DNA from: Octopus sinensis
Lineage: Eukaryota
Direction of reading: 5' to 3'
Assembly (NCBI RefSeq): GCF_006345805.1
Contig: NC_043004.1
Coordinates: forward strand, 12,586,001 to 12,650,000
DNA: 64,000 bases
Notes under the pieces: model-generated
The model's input: only the letters and a program-made list of their open reading frames with translations
Database searches by the model: none
Told to the model about the DNA's origin: nothing
Position numbers and translations under genes: made by a program
Part shown: piece by piece, positions 38,631-51,286 of the stretch
Layout: each line of letters opens with the position of its first letter
Position numbering within the stretch: the stretch's first letter is position 1

Positions 38631-39570
38631 TACGAGGTGCGTGCAAAAGTATCCAATTTTATATTTCTTCGCTAAAACTAATGCCGGGTAGGCAAAATTC
38701 ATTCAGATGGAGGTAATATCACTCTTCATGCGCATGAGTAAAAAAATTTTCATGCTGGTAGATGGCGTTGGTTCCCGGCTGTTTCGCCTAGAATGCAGGC
38801 ATCTAATGCGCGCTTGTAGAAATTTTGTTTTCACGTAAGATAACCGAATGCACCGAGAAGAGATATTGCATCAGGTTTTGCTAAAAGATTTGTGATAATT
38901 GACTTCCATCCATCCAGAAGATTGAGGTAGCCTTTGGCATTGACGCCATAGAAAAGACGCAGATCAAGGAGTGGTACAACCGCTTCAAACATGGCTGCAC
39001 CTGAGCGGATTGCGAGGCTCGCTCAGGCAAGTCATCCACAAGTCGAAACGAGGAACCGATTGAGACGGTTCGGGGAGTAGTCACGGAGGACTGTCGTGTA
39101 ACAATCCAAGAAATTACTCATAAATTGGAAATAAGCACAGAATCAGTGCGTTTCATTTTAGGGAGGATTTGTGTGCGTGCAGAGTGTCGGAGTAATTCGT
39201 GCCCTAGGTGCTGGTGGAGCTAAAGAAGCAACTCCGCATAGAAATCGCTCCGGACAAGCTGGACTGTGCCAACCGCGATCCAGACTTCATGAAGGCCATT
39301 ATCACTGGTGATAAGACTTGGGTTTATGGTTTGTACTCCATGCGTTCTGTTATCTTATTTGAAAACGAAAATCCTATGAGCGCACACTACATGCTTTACT
39401 CCAAGCGTAACAGCCGGGAACTGATGCGGCCTGCCGGCGAGAAAATTTTTCTTCTCGCACGGGAAGGGTAGCGTCACTTCTGGTCCAAAGTATTTTGCCC
39501 ACGTGGCTTTATTTTGGGCGGGAAATACAAAGTCAGATATATTTTTGATTTGAATGCACATTGTACATTT
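38631..39570 (+). mobile_element. Mariner element remnant with disrupted transposase N-terminal half (~38840-39340)
   Basis: TA-CGAGGTGCGTGCAAAAGT left end; peptide QIKEWYNRFKHG..EARSGKSSTS..VTEDCRVTIQEI..LEISTESV..FVP..DPDFMKAIITGDKTWVYG gives HTH plus first catalytic Asp motif. Confidence 0.9.
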
Positions 39571-39678
39571 GACGAATAAACTCTACCAATATATAATATG
39601 TTGGGTGCTGTTTCACCAGCGTGTATATCTAAACGAAAGATAGATATAAAGATAGACAGACAGACACATAAATAAGCA

Positions 39679-39713
<35 letters not shown>

Positions 39714-39780
39714 TATATATATATATCTACATATACGTATATACACTCATACATATGTCTATAGTACACATATGAATCTT

Positions 39781-39830
<50 letters not shown>

Positions 39831-40225
39831 TGAATATGTGTATGTGTGTATATACATACACATAATATATATATACATATGTGTATAGAGTGTATGTGTG
39901 GGCGTATGGGCGTATATATAATGTACAACATTATGATAGTGAGCTAAAGTACAATACACTAATTTCACATAATGAAGACATGACCAGGCTGACCCCCAAA
40001 GCATTGTTTTATGCAGGATCAGATCGCCGCCATTTCCTGGCAGATGACGCTGGCTATCCTCTTTCAAGCCTTTAGATAAAATCACGCTGATAAGAAGTGA
40101 AACACATTCGCTCATATTACTTGAGGTGTGGGTTAAACATAGCAATACCCTCTTGACTATCAACATTACTGTCGCAAAAAATAGAGTGGATAGAAGCCAA
40201 TGACAACCCCTATAACAACAGCACC

Positions 40226-40420
40226 GGTGGAGGCGCAATGACCCAATGGTTAGCGCAGCGGACTCGTGGTCATAAGAACGCGGTTTCGATTCCCAGACCG
40301 GGCATTGTGAGTGTTTATTGAGCAAAAACACCTAAGCTCCACGATGCTCCGGCGGTGCGGGGAGGTGAACCCCCTGTACTCTTTCACCATAACTTCCTCT
40401 CACTCTTTCGTCCTACTTCT
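40226..40420 (+). mobile_element. SINE-B 5' half
   Basis: GGAGGCGCAATGACCCAATGGTTAGCGCAGCGGACTCGTGGTC...CGATTCCCAGACCGGGC. Confidence 0.85.
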
Positions 40421-40881
40421 ACCACAAAGAAAAGGAACCATGGTGTAACTCACTATGGTGTGGTAAACTTTCAGATCCTAGTCTAGATTGCGAATACTCT
40501 GTACCCCAGGACGGTTCAGCTCTCCACCCGTTAAAAGCCACCGTTTACGGAATGGCGATAACAACGTAGCTTTCGCACCCGTGCAACCGCCAGTCCACCG
40601 CGTGTGATGGGTGGATTTTCAAGTTGCCACACGTATTCTTAGTAGCTTAGAGTAGGTTGAATTAGAAATTATTCTTTGTGGCTAATGGCATAAGTCCTGA
40701 TTGGAAGAAGAAGAAGGAGAAGAAGAAGAAGAAGAAGAAGAAGAAGAAGAAGAAGAAGAAGAAGAAGAAGAAGAAGAAGGAGGAGAGGAGGAGGAGGAGG
40801 AGGAGGAGGAGGAGGAGGAGGAGAAGTGTCACTTTGATGGCATGAACTGCTCTCTCACTCAATAATAATAATAATAATAAT

Positions 40882-41070
40882 AGAGGCCTTATACAGCTGG
40901 AAAACTACTATAAAATAATCACCATAAGACTGCAAAAATATCTACTTCAGAAGGAAGGAAAACTGATACAAATAGCGGCAAAACACGAGCAAAACAAAAA
41001 ACTGTTCTCAGTATTTAAGGAAGCTGACAAATACAAACAAGAAATCATACCACCTAATAAATATAAAGAA
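40882..41070 (+). pseudogene. R4/Dong-clade non-LTR retrotransposon ORF fragment (post-RT region)
   Basis: RGLIQLENYYKIITIRLQKYLLQKEGKLIQIAAKHEQNKKLFSVFKEADKY follows the GGRGL motif; directly after (AAT)n. Confidence 0.65.
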
Positions 41071-41189
41071 GAAGAAGAAGAAGAAGGAGGCGGAGGAAGA
41101 GGAAGGGAAGACAACAGCACCACCACTCCGCCGCTACGATCATCACCGTGTACACAACCACCTTTACATTACCACTAATATCGGTTTCT

Positions 41190-41620
41190 AATGTTGGCAC
41201 AAATCCAGTAATTTTGGGAGGTGGAGGGCTAAGATGATTACATCGACTCCAATGCTCAACTGGTACTTATTTTATCGACCATAAAACGGATGAAAGGACA
41301 AGTCGACTTCGGCGGAATACAGCTAAGCCTTTTTGCCCGGTATGCTAATGATTCTCCCACTTCGCCTCTTTAACAATAATAATAACAATCTTCTCTACTG
41401 GAGGCACAACGCTTCAAATGTGTGGGAAGGGGACTAGTCGAGGACAACAGCCCCAGTGTTTCACTAGTACTTAATTTATCGACCCCGAAAGGATGAAAGG
41501 CAAAGTCGGCCTCGGCAGAATTTGAACTCAGAAAGAAAAAACAGACGGAATGTCGCTAAGCATTTTTGCCCGGTGCGTTAACGATTGAGCCATCTCGACG
41601 CCTTAACCACAACAACAACA

Positions 41621-41677
<57 letters not shown>

Positions 41678-41935
41678 TCAAAACTAACAGCAACATCATT
41701 AAGACGCACTCCATCTAAGTTTCGGTTCTGTTAACACCAACACCATTGCCATGTTATTGATGATCACTTCTGAAATGCTTCCCATACACCGACAGGTTCA
41801 AAAATATTATACATGCTACGAATAAGATTAATTTCAATTATTGGCACAAGGCCAGCAATGTCGGGGAAAATGGTACATCGACTCCCAGTGCTCAACTGCT
41901 ACTTAATTCATCGCACGCGAAAGGGATGAAAATCA
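41190..41935 (-). mobile_element. Cluster of ~3 Nin-domain SINEs
   Basis: TTTATCGACCCCGAAAGGATGAAAGGCAAAGTCG...GAATTTGAACTCAG (reverse complement of the core). Confidence 0.8.
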
Positions 41936-42635
41936 AAATTAACCAATAGAACATTACTATAGAACATCACTATAGAACATTAGATCTAGTACAGGAAGCT
42001 TCACCAGAGCGAATACACATACATAAAATAAAATAAGAAAGAACAGGGCCTGGAGATGAGGCCAGAAGGCTCAATAAATAAGACTCATACCATTTTGCAA
42101 GCTTCACACTACAAAATGGTATGATTCGAATATATTGAGCTTTCTAGCTTCGTCTCGAGGTCCTGTTTTTTTTTACCTCTTCCCTCTTCCCTTCTTTTAT
42201 TTTCTGTATTTGTATTCACTCTGATGAAGCTCCATGTACTAGATCGAATGTTCTATAAAGATGATGAATATTATTTTCGGAATTTTCTTTGTAAGCGCCG
42301 ACTGACATTGGCAGACGAAACGGCCGTAAGAAATGTTATGTTTTGTATTAAAAAATAATTAACCGATGTTGAACAATTTGTTTGTTTGTTGATCAAAAGT
42401 TTTCTCCATTTTGTATATATTTGTATATGCATAATATTTGTATATATATATATATATATATACGCAAACACACATACACGTGTCAGCAATTTAACATTGT
42501 ACTGGGTGCTGCTCAATGTTTGTTTATTAAAACTTACAGTAAAGTGTCGAAGTCAATATTTACATAGTAAATGATTAATACATGCATACAGGTGAGTGTG
42601 GTGCGTGCATGCGTGGATACGTGAGTGCGCGCGTG

Positions 42636-42689
<54 letters not shown>

Positions 42690-43231
42690 TACATACATAC
42701 ATACATACACACGCACACGAGAAACCTTTCACGAGAACTGGGTCGCATGAGTCTACTGGTAAAATTCAACGTCATTTTTCGATAATCCTATCATTTAAAA
42801 TGTCCCACGGCCCACAGATTTCCAGTGATTGCTTAAGAATAAAGCATTACGCGAATATCGAGCATAATACCAATTACTAAATGACGAAATAACAGGAGTC
42901 ACGTAATCACCCTCACTAGCTTACAGCTGTTTCTGCTGCAGGAAGCATTGTCATCAGAGTAGCGTGTTTGTGTAAAATCCGCTAACATTCTCGGAGGCTT
43001 CGAAACAACTGTAACAAGATAAAAATATATTCATTCTTCGTCTTCTTAATTATATCTTATGTTATACTTCGACGTATCCTTACACATTTTTACCACATAA
43101 TTTTTGGAATTTTTCTCTAAGCTGGAGTAGAAGAGTATAGGGGTGTTCTTGCTGAGTTTTCTGGGAAACACCGATCTTCTAATGCCACGCGCATGCGCAC
43201 ACACTAACACACGCATATGCATACACACACA

Positions 43232-43440
43232 TGAGCTGGCAGAATCGTTAGCGCGCCGGGCGAAATGCTTAGCAAGATTTCGTCCGTCCTTACGTTCTCA
43301 GTTCAAATTCCGCCGAGGTCGACTTTGCCTTTCATCCTTTCGAGGTCGATAAATTAAGTACCAGTTACGCACTGGAGTCGATGTAATCGACTTGTCTCCT
43401 CCCCCCAAAAAAAATTTCTGGCCTTCTGCCTTTAGTAGAA
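43232..43440 (+). mobile_element. Nin-domain SINE, well conserved
   Basis: GAGCTGGCAGAATCGTTAGCGCGCCGGGCGAAATGCTTAGC...GGTCGACTTTGCCTTTCATCCTTTCGAGGTCGATAAATTAAGTACCAG. Confidence 0.9.
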
Positions 43441-44107
43441 AGGATATATATATATATATATTTATTTATATATATCGTCATATATTCTCACCACCGTCAT
43501 CAGCATCAGCCGTAGCAGTACCACCACCACCACCTTTGTCGTCGTCTCCGTCGTGGTCGTGGTCGTGGTCGTGGTCGTCGTCATGGTGACTATCTATTCC
43601 ACAAACAACAAAACACTAGGATATCTACACTCAGACATACCATATTAAAAAATAAAGAAAAAAAAGAGAATCCCGCCTGTTGTACTGAACGATTGGAAAT
43701 AGCTAGAAGTAAGACAGCAAACAATTCTGTTGAACACATCCGATTACAGAATCTTATGTGTAGACAATATATAACCAAATGTGTGATTTAATTTTCAATT
43801 GCTGACGACTGCCTTTACTTCTATTTTCTACCTACTTCTATGAAATTCATAGTAGACGCCATTGTGTTCTAGTATTCTATTGATTAGCATACGTCAGCAT
43901 GTAAGCCTACGCATCTGAGTCAGATACACACGTACACAGATACGCTGAAACACACATACATACATACACACATGGATATGAGCGTCTGCGTATATATTTA
44001 TGCATATGTATGTGGGTGTTATGCATTAAATACTACATTTAATTGTATACCAATACATACAGTATATTCGTATGTATGTGTGGACATATATACATATACA
44101 TACATAC

Positions 44108-44228
<121 letters not shown>

Positions 44229-44444
44229 TGTATGTACGTACGTATGTATGCATGTACACACGCACGCACACATATTCAAGCACTTTTCATGCGGAATATA
44301 TATATATATTATATATATATATAAATACATATACACATCGATATATGTTAGATATGCATAAGTGTGTGTGGAGGAGAATGTGAGGGAAGAATAATGTCAA
44401 TTCTTTTATTAGGTCAATGCTACATTGAAATATAACGTTGTTGG

Positions 44445-44458
44445 TATGATAATAATAA

Positions 44459-44502
<44 letters not shown>

Positions 44503-44511
44503 TAATAATAA

Positions 44512-44552
<41 letters not shown>

Positions 44553-44680
44553 GCTAGAAGAAGATGATGATGAAAAAGAAGGAGAAGGAGGAGGAGGAGG
44601 AGGAGATGAAGAAGAAGAAGAAGAAGAAGAAGAAGAAGAAGAAGAAGAAGAAGAAGAAGAAGAAGAAGAAGAAGAAGAAA
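44445..44680. repeat. (AAT)n then (GAG/GAA)n microsatellites
   Basis: Direct reading. Confidence 0.97.
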
Positions 44681-44689
44681 ATGTACTTA

Positions 44690-46250
44690 GAGACTGCAAG
44701 AGGAGGAAAACTAACTTAGCCATGTCATGGATTGATTATCGTAAGGCATACGATACGATCCCACATTCTTCGATTATGGAATGTATGAACCTATTTGGTA
44801 CTGCATCGAATGTTGAGCGATTACTTGGAAAAAGTATAGCGAAGTGAAGGACAGAACTGACAGTATATTGAAGAAGGTTAGGGAGAATAGAAATCAAGAG
44901 ACACATCTTCCAAGGGGACTGCCTATTTTCTGCTCTAATGCTGTGTTCGCATCCAATAAGTCCTCTTCCCCCGCTTTTTCTTGGTACGTATAGTCTGTCT
45001 GTGTCACCTTTTGGGTGGAGTGTCCCATATCTTGTTAGCAACTTCTTTGTCTTTCTGTCTAAGCTGTTTAGTTCGTCTACTGTCCATGCGATTACCCCTG
45101 CTCCATATCTAAGGAATGAAACTATCCAGGTGTTGATAGCTTCAATCTTATTCCGTCCGTTAAATTTCGACTTAAGTATCAATCTCAGTCTGCACAAGTA
45201 GTCCCCCTTAATTTTTCTGTCATTCTTTTCTCCATCAATTACCAATATCCCCAAGTAGTTATAGCCCGTCGCTTCTATCTATTTTATATCTACTCCCTTA
45301 TGATATCCATACATTTGATTGTGCCTCTCTTCAAGACTAACAGACCGCACTTTCTCAGTCCGACCTCCATTCTAATATCAGCACTGAAAGTACAGTATAC
45401 ACCGTATCAACGAGGGAACTGATTTGGGATTCATCTTTACCTTAAACTTTGAGGTCATCCAGGAATAACAAGTGGTTGACTTTTTGTTGGCGGCTCTTGA
45501 ATACATACACAGCCTTTGCTTTCCCCAGAATCAGTTTTAGTGGCATCATGCACAGTACAAAAATCAGTGGGGACAGGCAATCGCCTTGGAAGATGCCTCT
45601 TGGAAGAATGAAACAGGAGAACTCATTATGGTTTACTCATACCCAGTAATATGTAATGATTGCGAGCAAATGTCATCGAAAATTGACAGAAGCGTGGAAA
45701 GTGCTAAGGGTGGAACATGTATCGAGAAATATGAGTCAGTTAAGAACTGTGTAGCCAAAGCAATACACTACGGCATATTACTCAAAAGGAGTTTTTAAGG
45801 TGGCGGAAAATGTATGAACGCCAGCAAGAGAATGTAACAGAGAATGGTAAGTTAAGGCCTTATGGGCCTTTACTGTACAGATTAGCCATACGATTCGGAC
45901 AAGTAGACCAGATATTATCAACGTGGACAAAGAAATAGAAATGGTCGCGGTATATATTACACATTCAATTTATCACAATTCAAAATACATGAAATTAACA
46001 AACAGGAATACAAGATTTAGAACAGCGATTTTAATATTGGAACTTTGGAGTGAAGTTGTGAGTTTGTACGCAGTCAGATGCTCAGCTATAAAAAAACACA
46101 ATCAAATTACCTAAACCACAATCAAAACATTAACAAAAGATGTTTCCTAGATAGATACGTTGTGAGGAATGTGGAGACACAATACTAGCGTTTGAACGGC
46201 GTTTGATCTCAGGATTTCTTATGAGAGGTATTCTAAAAATTAAAGACCTA
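44690..46250 (+). mobile_element. 5'-truncated R4/Dong-clade RLE non-LTR retrotransposon, disrupted, with 44923-45600 inverted
   Basis: Plus strand NLAMSWIDYRKAYDTIPHS..IFQGDC; minus strand GIFQGDCLSPLIFVLC..VNHLLFLDDLK..YNYLGIL..LYVPRKSGGRGLIGCE; plus strand again VAKAIH..ENVTENGK..TIRTSRPDIINVDKE (PD-D endonuclease motif). Confidence 0.92.
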
Positions 46251-46894
46251 CATCATCAGTCGCAAGAACAAACCCAAGGACTCAATGTTCTAATAAGTAA
46301 ATAAGATCAAACACTTCCTGTCAAGAACAAAATATGTATTTTTGATACTAAAATAATGGCCATACTGCGTAAAAAAATACTGTATTTCATTTTTAATATG
46401 AATCTCTCGGATAACATCGATCAAATACATTAAATTTATGTTAGTAATTTGAGAGACGGTATAGGCTGTTAATGTTATAACAACATTGGCCTTTCATACC
46501 TAACTCGATGACCTCTCACACCATAAGACAATCTTGTCTTAAGTTACAGATATTAATGTTATGACGGCGGTATGAGGGAAAGTAATGAGGTGGGGAGGAA
46601 TAACGAGATGGCAATCGTTATTTAGTTTTTATTATGTTGTATCGCATTCTGTGAACAGTAATATCAATGTTTATAGTTTCCTAAAGGAGAAAAAAATCAC
46701 TGCATCTTGAATGGCGAAAGTAATACTGGAGCGCCTGGCTATACTGTTTGGGCAGAACAAATATCACAGCATTTTTTAAAAAGAAAGCACCGGTTTGTCC
46801 TTTAATTGCTTCAGTTATTAGACTGCGGCGAGACTGGGACCCCACCTTGAAGAATTTTGGTCGAACGAAAAGACCCTTTCTTTTCTTTTGATTC

Positions 46895-47250
46895 TTTTAC
46901 TTGTTTCAGTCATTTGACCGCGGCCATGCTGGAGCACCGTTTTTAGTAGAGCAAATCGACCCCAGGACTTATTCTTTGTAAACCTAATACTTATTCTACC
47001 GATTTGTTTTGCCGAATCACTAAGTTACGGGGACGGAAACACACCACAATCAGTTGTCAAGCGATGTTGGGGGGACCAACACAGACTCATAAAAATATAC
47101 ACATATACATATATACATATATACGACGGGCTTCTTTCAGTTTCCGTCTACCAAATCCACTCACAAGGCTTTGGTCGGCCCGAGGCTATTGTAGAAGACA
47201 CTTACCAAAAGTACCACGCAGTAGGAATAAACCCGGAACCATGTGATTGG
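46895..47250 (-). mobile_element. SINE-A, full length
   Basis: Reverse complement of family A tail and head. Confidence 0.9.
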
Positions 47251-48039
47251 TAAGCAAGCTACCTACAATACAGCCACTCCTACGCATTAATTTTTTCTTT
47301 TAAATCCTGGTATTTATTCTACCGATTTCTTATGCCGAAACGCTTAAGTTACCGGAACGTAAACGCGAGCACAAAGATTAAAACTTAAAATACGAAAATA
47401 AAATAGGATACAGTATTGAATTATGAACCTTTAATATACCTGTTGATATATTATGGTTGATAAATGAAATACGAAGTTCCTACCAGCAATTAATCAGTGG
47501 AATGTTTGTTCCACATTGGAATAAACGTATATTTCGTTGGAGACATTTATTGAGAGAAATCAGTCACCGGTGAGCGACTATTCTCATTATTTGGAAGAAC
47601 AATTATCCACATTACCGGATCAAATAACAGGTCTATGTACACCGTAAAATATCTGTTACCACTTGAAATACATTAAAATATACAGTAACTTTTACACATC
47701 AGTTAACTGCCTGTTAGCTTTAACATTTAAAACCAATTATCTTTCATTTTAATGTACTGTTGTCTATATTTTTTATTTTGAAAGTAATTAAATTTTCTTT
47801 TATTTGTGACAATTTAATTACAAGAGAACAAAGTATCAGAAAACGTGAAAAAAGGGAGGGATTAAGCAGCAGCAGAAGATGGAGGGACAGAGAGAGAGGG
47901 GGTGGGAGGGGGGAGAGAGCAACGGGCTGCTTACCCAATATAAAATGGCGTGTTCAGCCGCACACCACAGATTTGACCGAGATGGTGTTGTTGTGGAGAA
48001 AGGCCGGCGATACTTGCTGCAGCAACCCCTACACATAGC

Positions 48040-48370
48040 GGATTGTCCCTCGCACCTTGGCCACAGCCAACCCTACGACGATCAGATCTCGATCTGCTCG
48101 CCGTTGGGGTGACTGTCCCTTGCTCCCTGGCCACAGCCAACCCTACGACGTTCAGATCTCGATCTGATCGCCGTTGGGGTGACTGTCCCTTGCTCCTTGG
48201 CCACAGCCAACCCTACGACGATCAGATCTCGATCTGATCGCCGTTGGGGTGACTGTTCCACGCACCCTACCCACAGCCAACCCTACGACGTTCAGATCTC
48301 GATCTGATCGCCTTTGGGGTGACTGTCCCTCGCACCCTGGTCACAGTCAGCGCAATGACGTTCAGATCTC
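48040..48370. repeat. 70-bp tandem minisatellite (4 full + 2 partial units), each unit a 26-bp hairpin
   Basis: Units start at 48061, 48131, 48201, 48271, 48341 (CCACAGCCAACCCTACGACGATCAGATCTCGATCTGATCGCCGTTGGGGTGACTGT...). Confidence 0.95.
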
Positions 48371-49941
48371 ACAAAGTGCGTCTGAATAAACATTACCGGA
48401 GAGCAAATAGAGACTCGGATATTGTTTAGAAAATATTTTTTCATTTTTAACCTCGTATATAGTACGCACTAGGGATGGGGTTTTACAGTACACACACACA
48501 CACATATGTATATCTAAGTGCATATGTATGTGTATATGTATATAGAAAGAGACAGAGACAGAGAGAGATAGAGGGAGAGAGAGAGAGAGAGAGTGAGAGA
48601 GGGAAGTAGAGGGAGAGAGATTGTAGAACCTTTATAATCACCCAATGTTTGTATACACGTTTGTGTGACCTGGGATCACCAAAAACAACATCAGCAATGA
48701 CAACAACTAAATCCAAATTTAAGAAAATGAAAACAACGAGTCTGACATTCATGGTTTATCCCAGAGCATTCGGCATACAAGTCAATCGGACAATTTTAAA
48801 GCAGAAATCAAAACGGCATATGGGGAAACATTGTAATCCAGCATTCTATCCGTGCGACTAAACATTACCCACGCGTACACACACACACTGACACACACAC
48901 ACATCTTTCTCACACTCACACACACACACAGACATTCACCCCACCCCCCACACAAAGGTACATCCATACACCCCTCTTAACAGCATTGATCACGTTAAAC
49001 ACAAGGAATCTTATGCTAGAGATCAATCGATGGTTGGTTGACTGCATCAAATAACCAAATATGTATGATTTCATTAAGTTCGTAGCGGCTAAATATATTA
49101 TATATTTAGGAAGCAAATGTAAAGTTTATCAGCAATAGCCTTCGTCGGAGTCGTAAACAATTTAATAGAAGCGTTACAAATTAAATCGTCCTTAACTAAT
49201 ATGGAAGACATCACTGCGTATAAAAAGGAAATTGTGATTGGTATCTATAGGATTGTATGAATTTCTATCTGTACATATGTCTCTATATAGGTGTGTTTAT
49301 TTGTAAATACATTCGTTTAATATATTCATGCATACAAACATACACACACACCTATACACATATATGTATATATATATATATATATAATACATATGTGTGG
49401 TGTGTGTGTGTGTGTGTGTGTATTTAAATATATATATCATATATCTATTATATGCATATATAAGTATATATATATAATTCACAAAAAAAGAATATATATA
49501 TTTATATATATATAAAATAGACTGTAAATAATATATAGTATATGTATAGTGTATATATATATATGTGTGTGTGTGAGTGTGTGTGTGTGTTATATACACA
49601 TATGCATATATATATGTTATATATACATATATATATATGCGTGAGTGTGTGTGTGTGCCATATATTATATCTATTATATATATATATATAATTCACAAAT
49701 AAACAATATATGTTATATTGTATAATATATATGTATATCCTTATATGTATATATATATATATATTTGTATGTATGTATATGTATACAAACATACACATAT
49801 ATGCATATATATATATATTCGTATATATCCGATAATATACGGACACATTTTATGTATATTTAGTGGTGTGTTTCCCGTTATGTCGTTGTGGATGGACGCA
49901 CTTTCGTCAAAATATATTTGTGTGAATGTGATTATCTCAAT

Positions 49942-49980
<39 letters not shown>

Positions 49981-50542
49981 ACACACACACACATATATAT
50001 GTGCGTGTGTATATCGTTGTATTCAAATGTGTCTAACGAACGTGTATGAGCATGGAGATATTCATTTTGAATGTCTATACGTATGGTTATGATATTATTT
50101 ATAAATGTATATCTGTGCATTTAATTCAATACTTTCGCCAGAATATTTTACGTTTGTTTGTACGTGGACCGTTGTTGCACGTGAGTAAGCGTCTGCTTGC
50201 TTTTAAGTAACCGAATTAGTATTGCGTTCTCATTTTTCTATTGTGTATACATATAAATGCGTCTGTGCACAAGCGTATGTGAATGCATGTGCTAATATGC
50301 CTGAGTGTGCATGTGTTTAAGTGTGTGTGTGTGTGTGTGTGTACAGATGAGCTTACCAACATTATTAATATGGGTGGACTTATTTTTCTGTGTAAATATA
50401 CTTATTAGTGTGTACATGTGTAGGCGTTTCAATTGAATGCAAGTAAACTCGATTCACACGCATACACACACACATACACACACATATATATATATACATA
50501 TGTATATATGTGAATACATTCATATATATATACACACACACA

Positions 50543-50603
<61 letters not shown>

Positions 50604-50904
50604 GTATATAATATATACATACGTACTCACACACACACACATACACACAAACACAAACACTCACATATGCATATGAGAGGTTAGAGTATCCAGGAGATCG
50701 AAAAGGCATGTAAGGCTATGTAAGTGCTACGGAAGGACTGCTGTTAGACTCCCGGTTTGATAATAGCGTCAGTGAGGTGTCTAAGACGGGTCGTGTGTGA
50801 GCGTGTATAAGTTAATTTAAATGAGACAACATCCAACGTATAGCTTTATTTTTAGTCTTATATTTTTTAGTCTTATATTTTTAGTCTTATATTTTTAGTC
50901 TTAT

Positions 50905-50952
50905 AAAGCGAGAGGTATACGAAGTATAAATACTTCGTATACCTCTCGCTTT
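50905..50952. repeat. Perfect 23-bp inverted repeat with 2-nt loop
   Basis: AAAGCGAGAGGTATACGAAGTAT-AA-ATACTTCGTATACCTCTCGCTTT. Confidence 0.95.
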
Positions 50953-51252
50953 CCAAAATAATTTCTTATATTTAAATCTCACTATCATGACTGTCATATT
51001 GTCTTTGATGATATATATCCTTTATATCCCTGAAACAGCTGTAAGATTACCCTTCTCTTTATAAAATATCCAAGAAATTTCACACTGCTTTGGCTTTGTT
51101 GCTTCATTTTATTTAACCTCTACATATGTATGCATGCTTGCTTCCTTGTACGTATACTGTTATGAATACCAGAGTTGTTGACGGGGATGTATGTATTTTT
51201 CTGCGTAAATCCGCTTGTTAATGTGTGTGTGTGTGTATGTGTGTGTGTGTGT

Positions 51253-51286
<34 letters not shown>

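Noticed and set aside
40000-40075. HFLADDAGYPL resembling the Harbinger transposase motif LGDSGYPL
   Set aside because: Only ~10 aa, followed by a stop; no other Harbinger motifs or TIRs
48040-48370. CRISPR-like array
   Set aside because: Contiguous tandem units without unique spacers, eukaryotic context, no cas genes
48640-48752. Minus-strand TM-like peptide RLVVFIFLNLDLVVVIADVVF resembling a voltage-sensor helix
   Set aside because: Complement of low-complexity AAC-rich DNA; in-frame stop just upstream; weak acceptor
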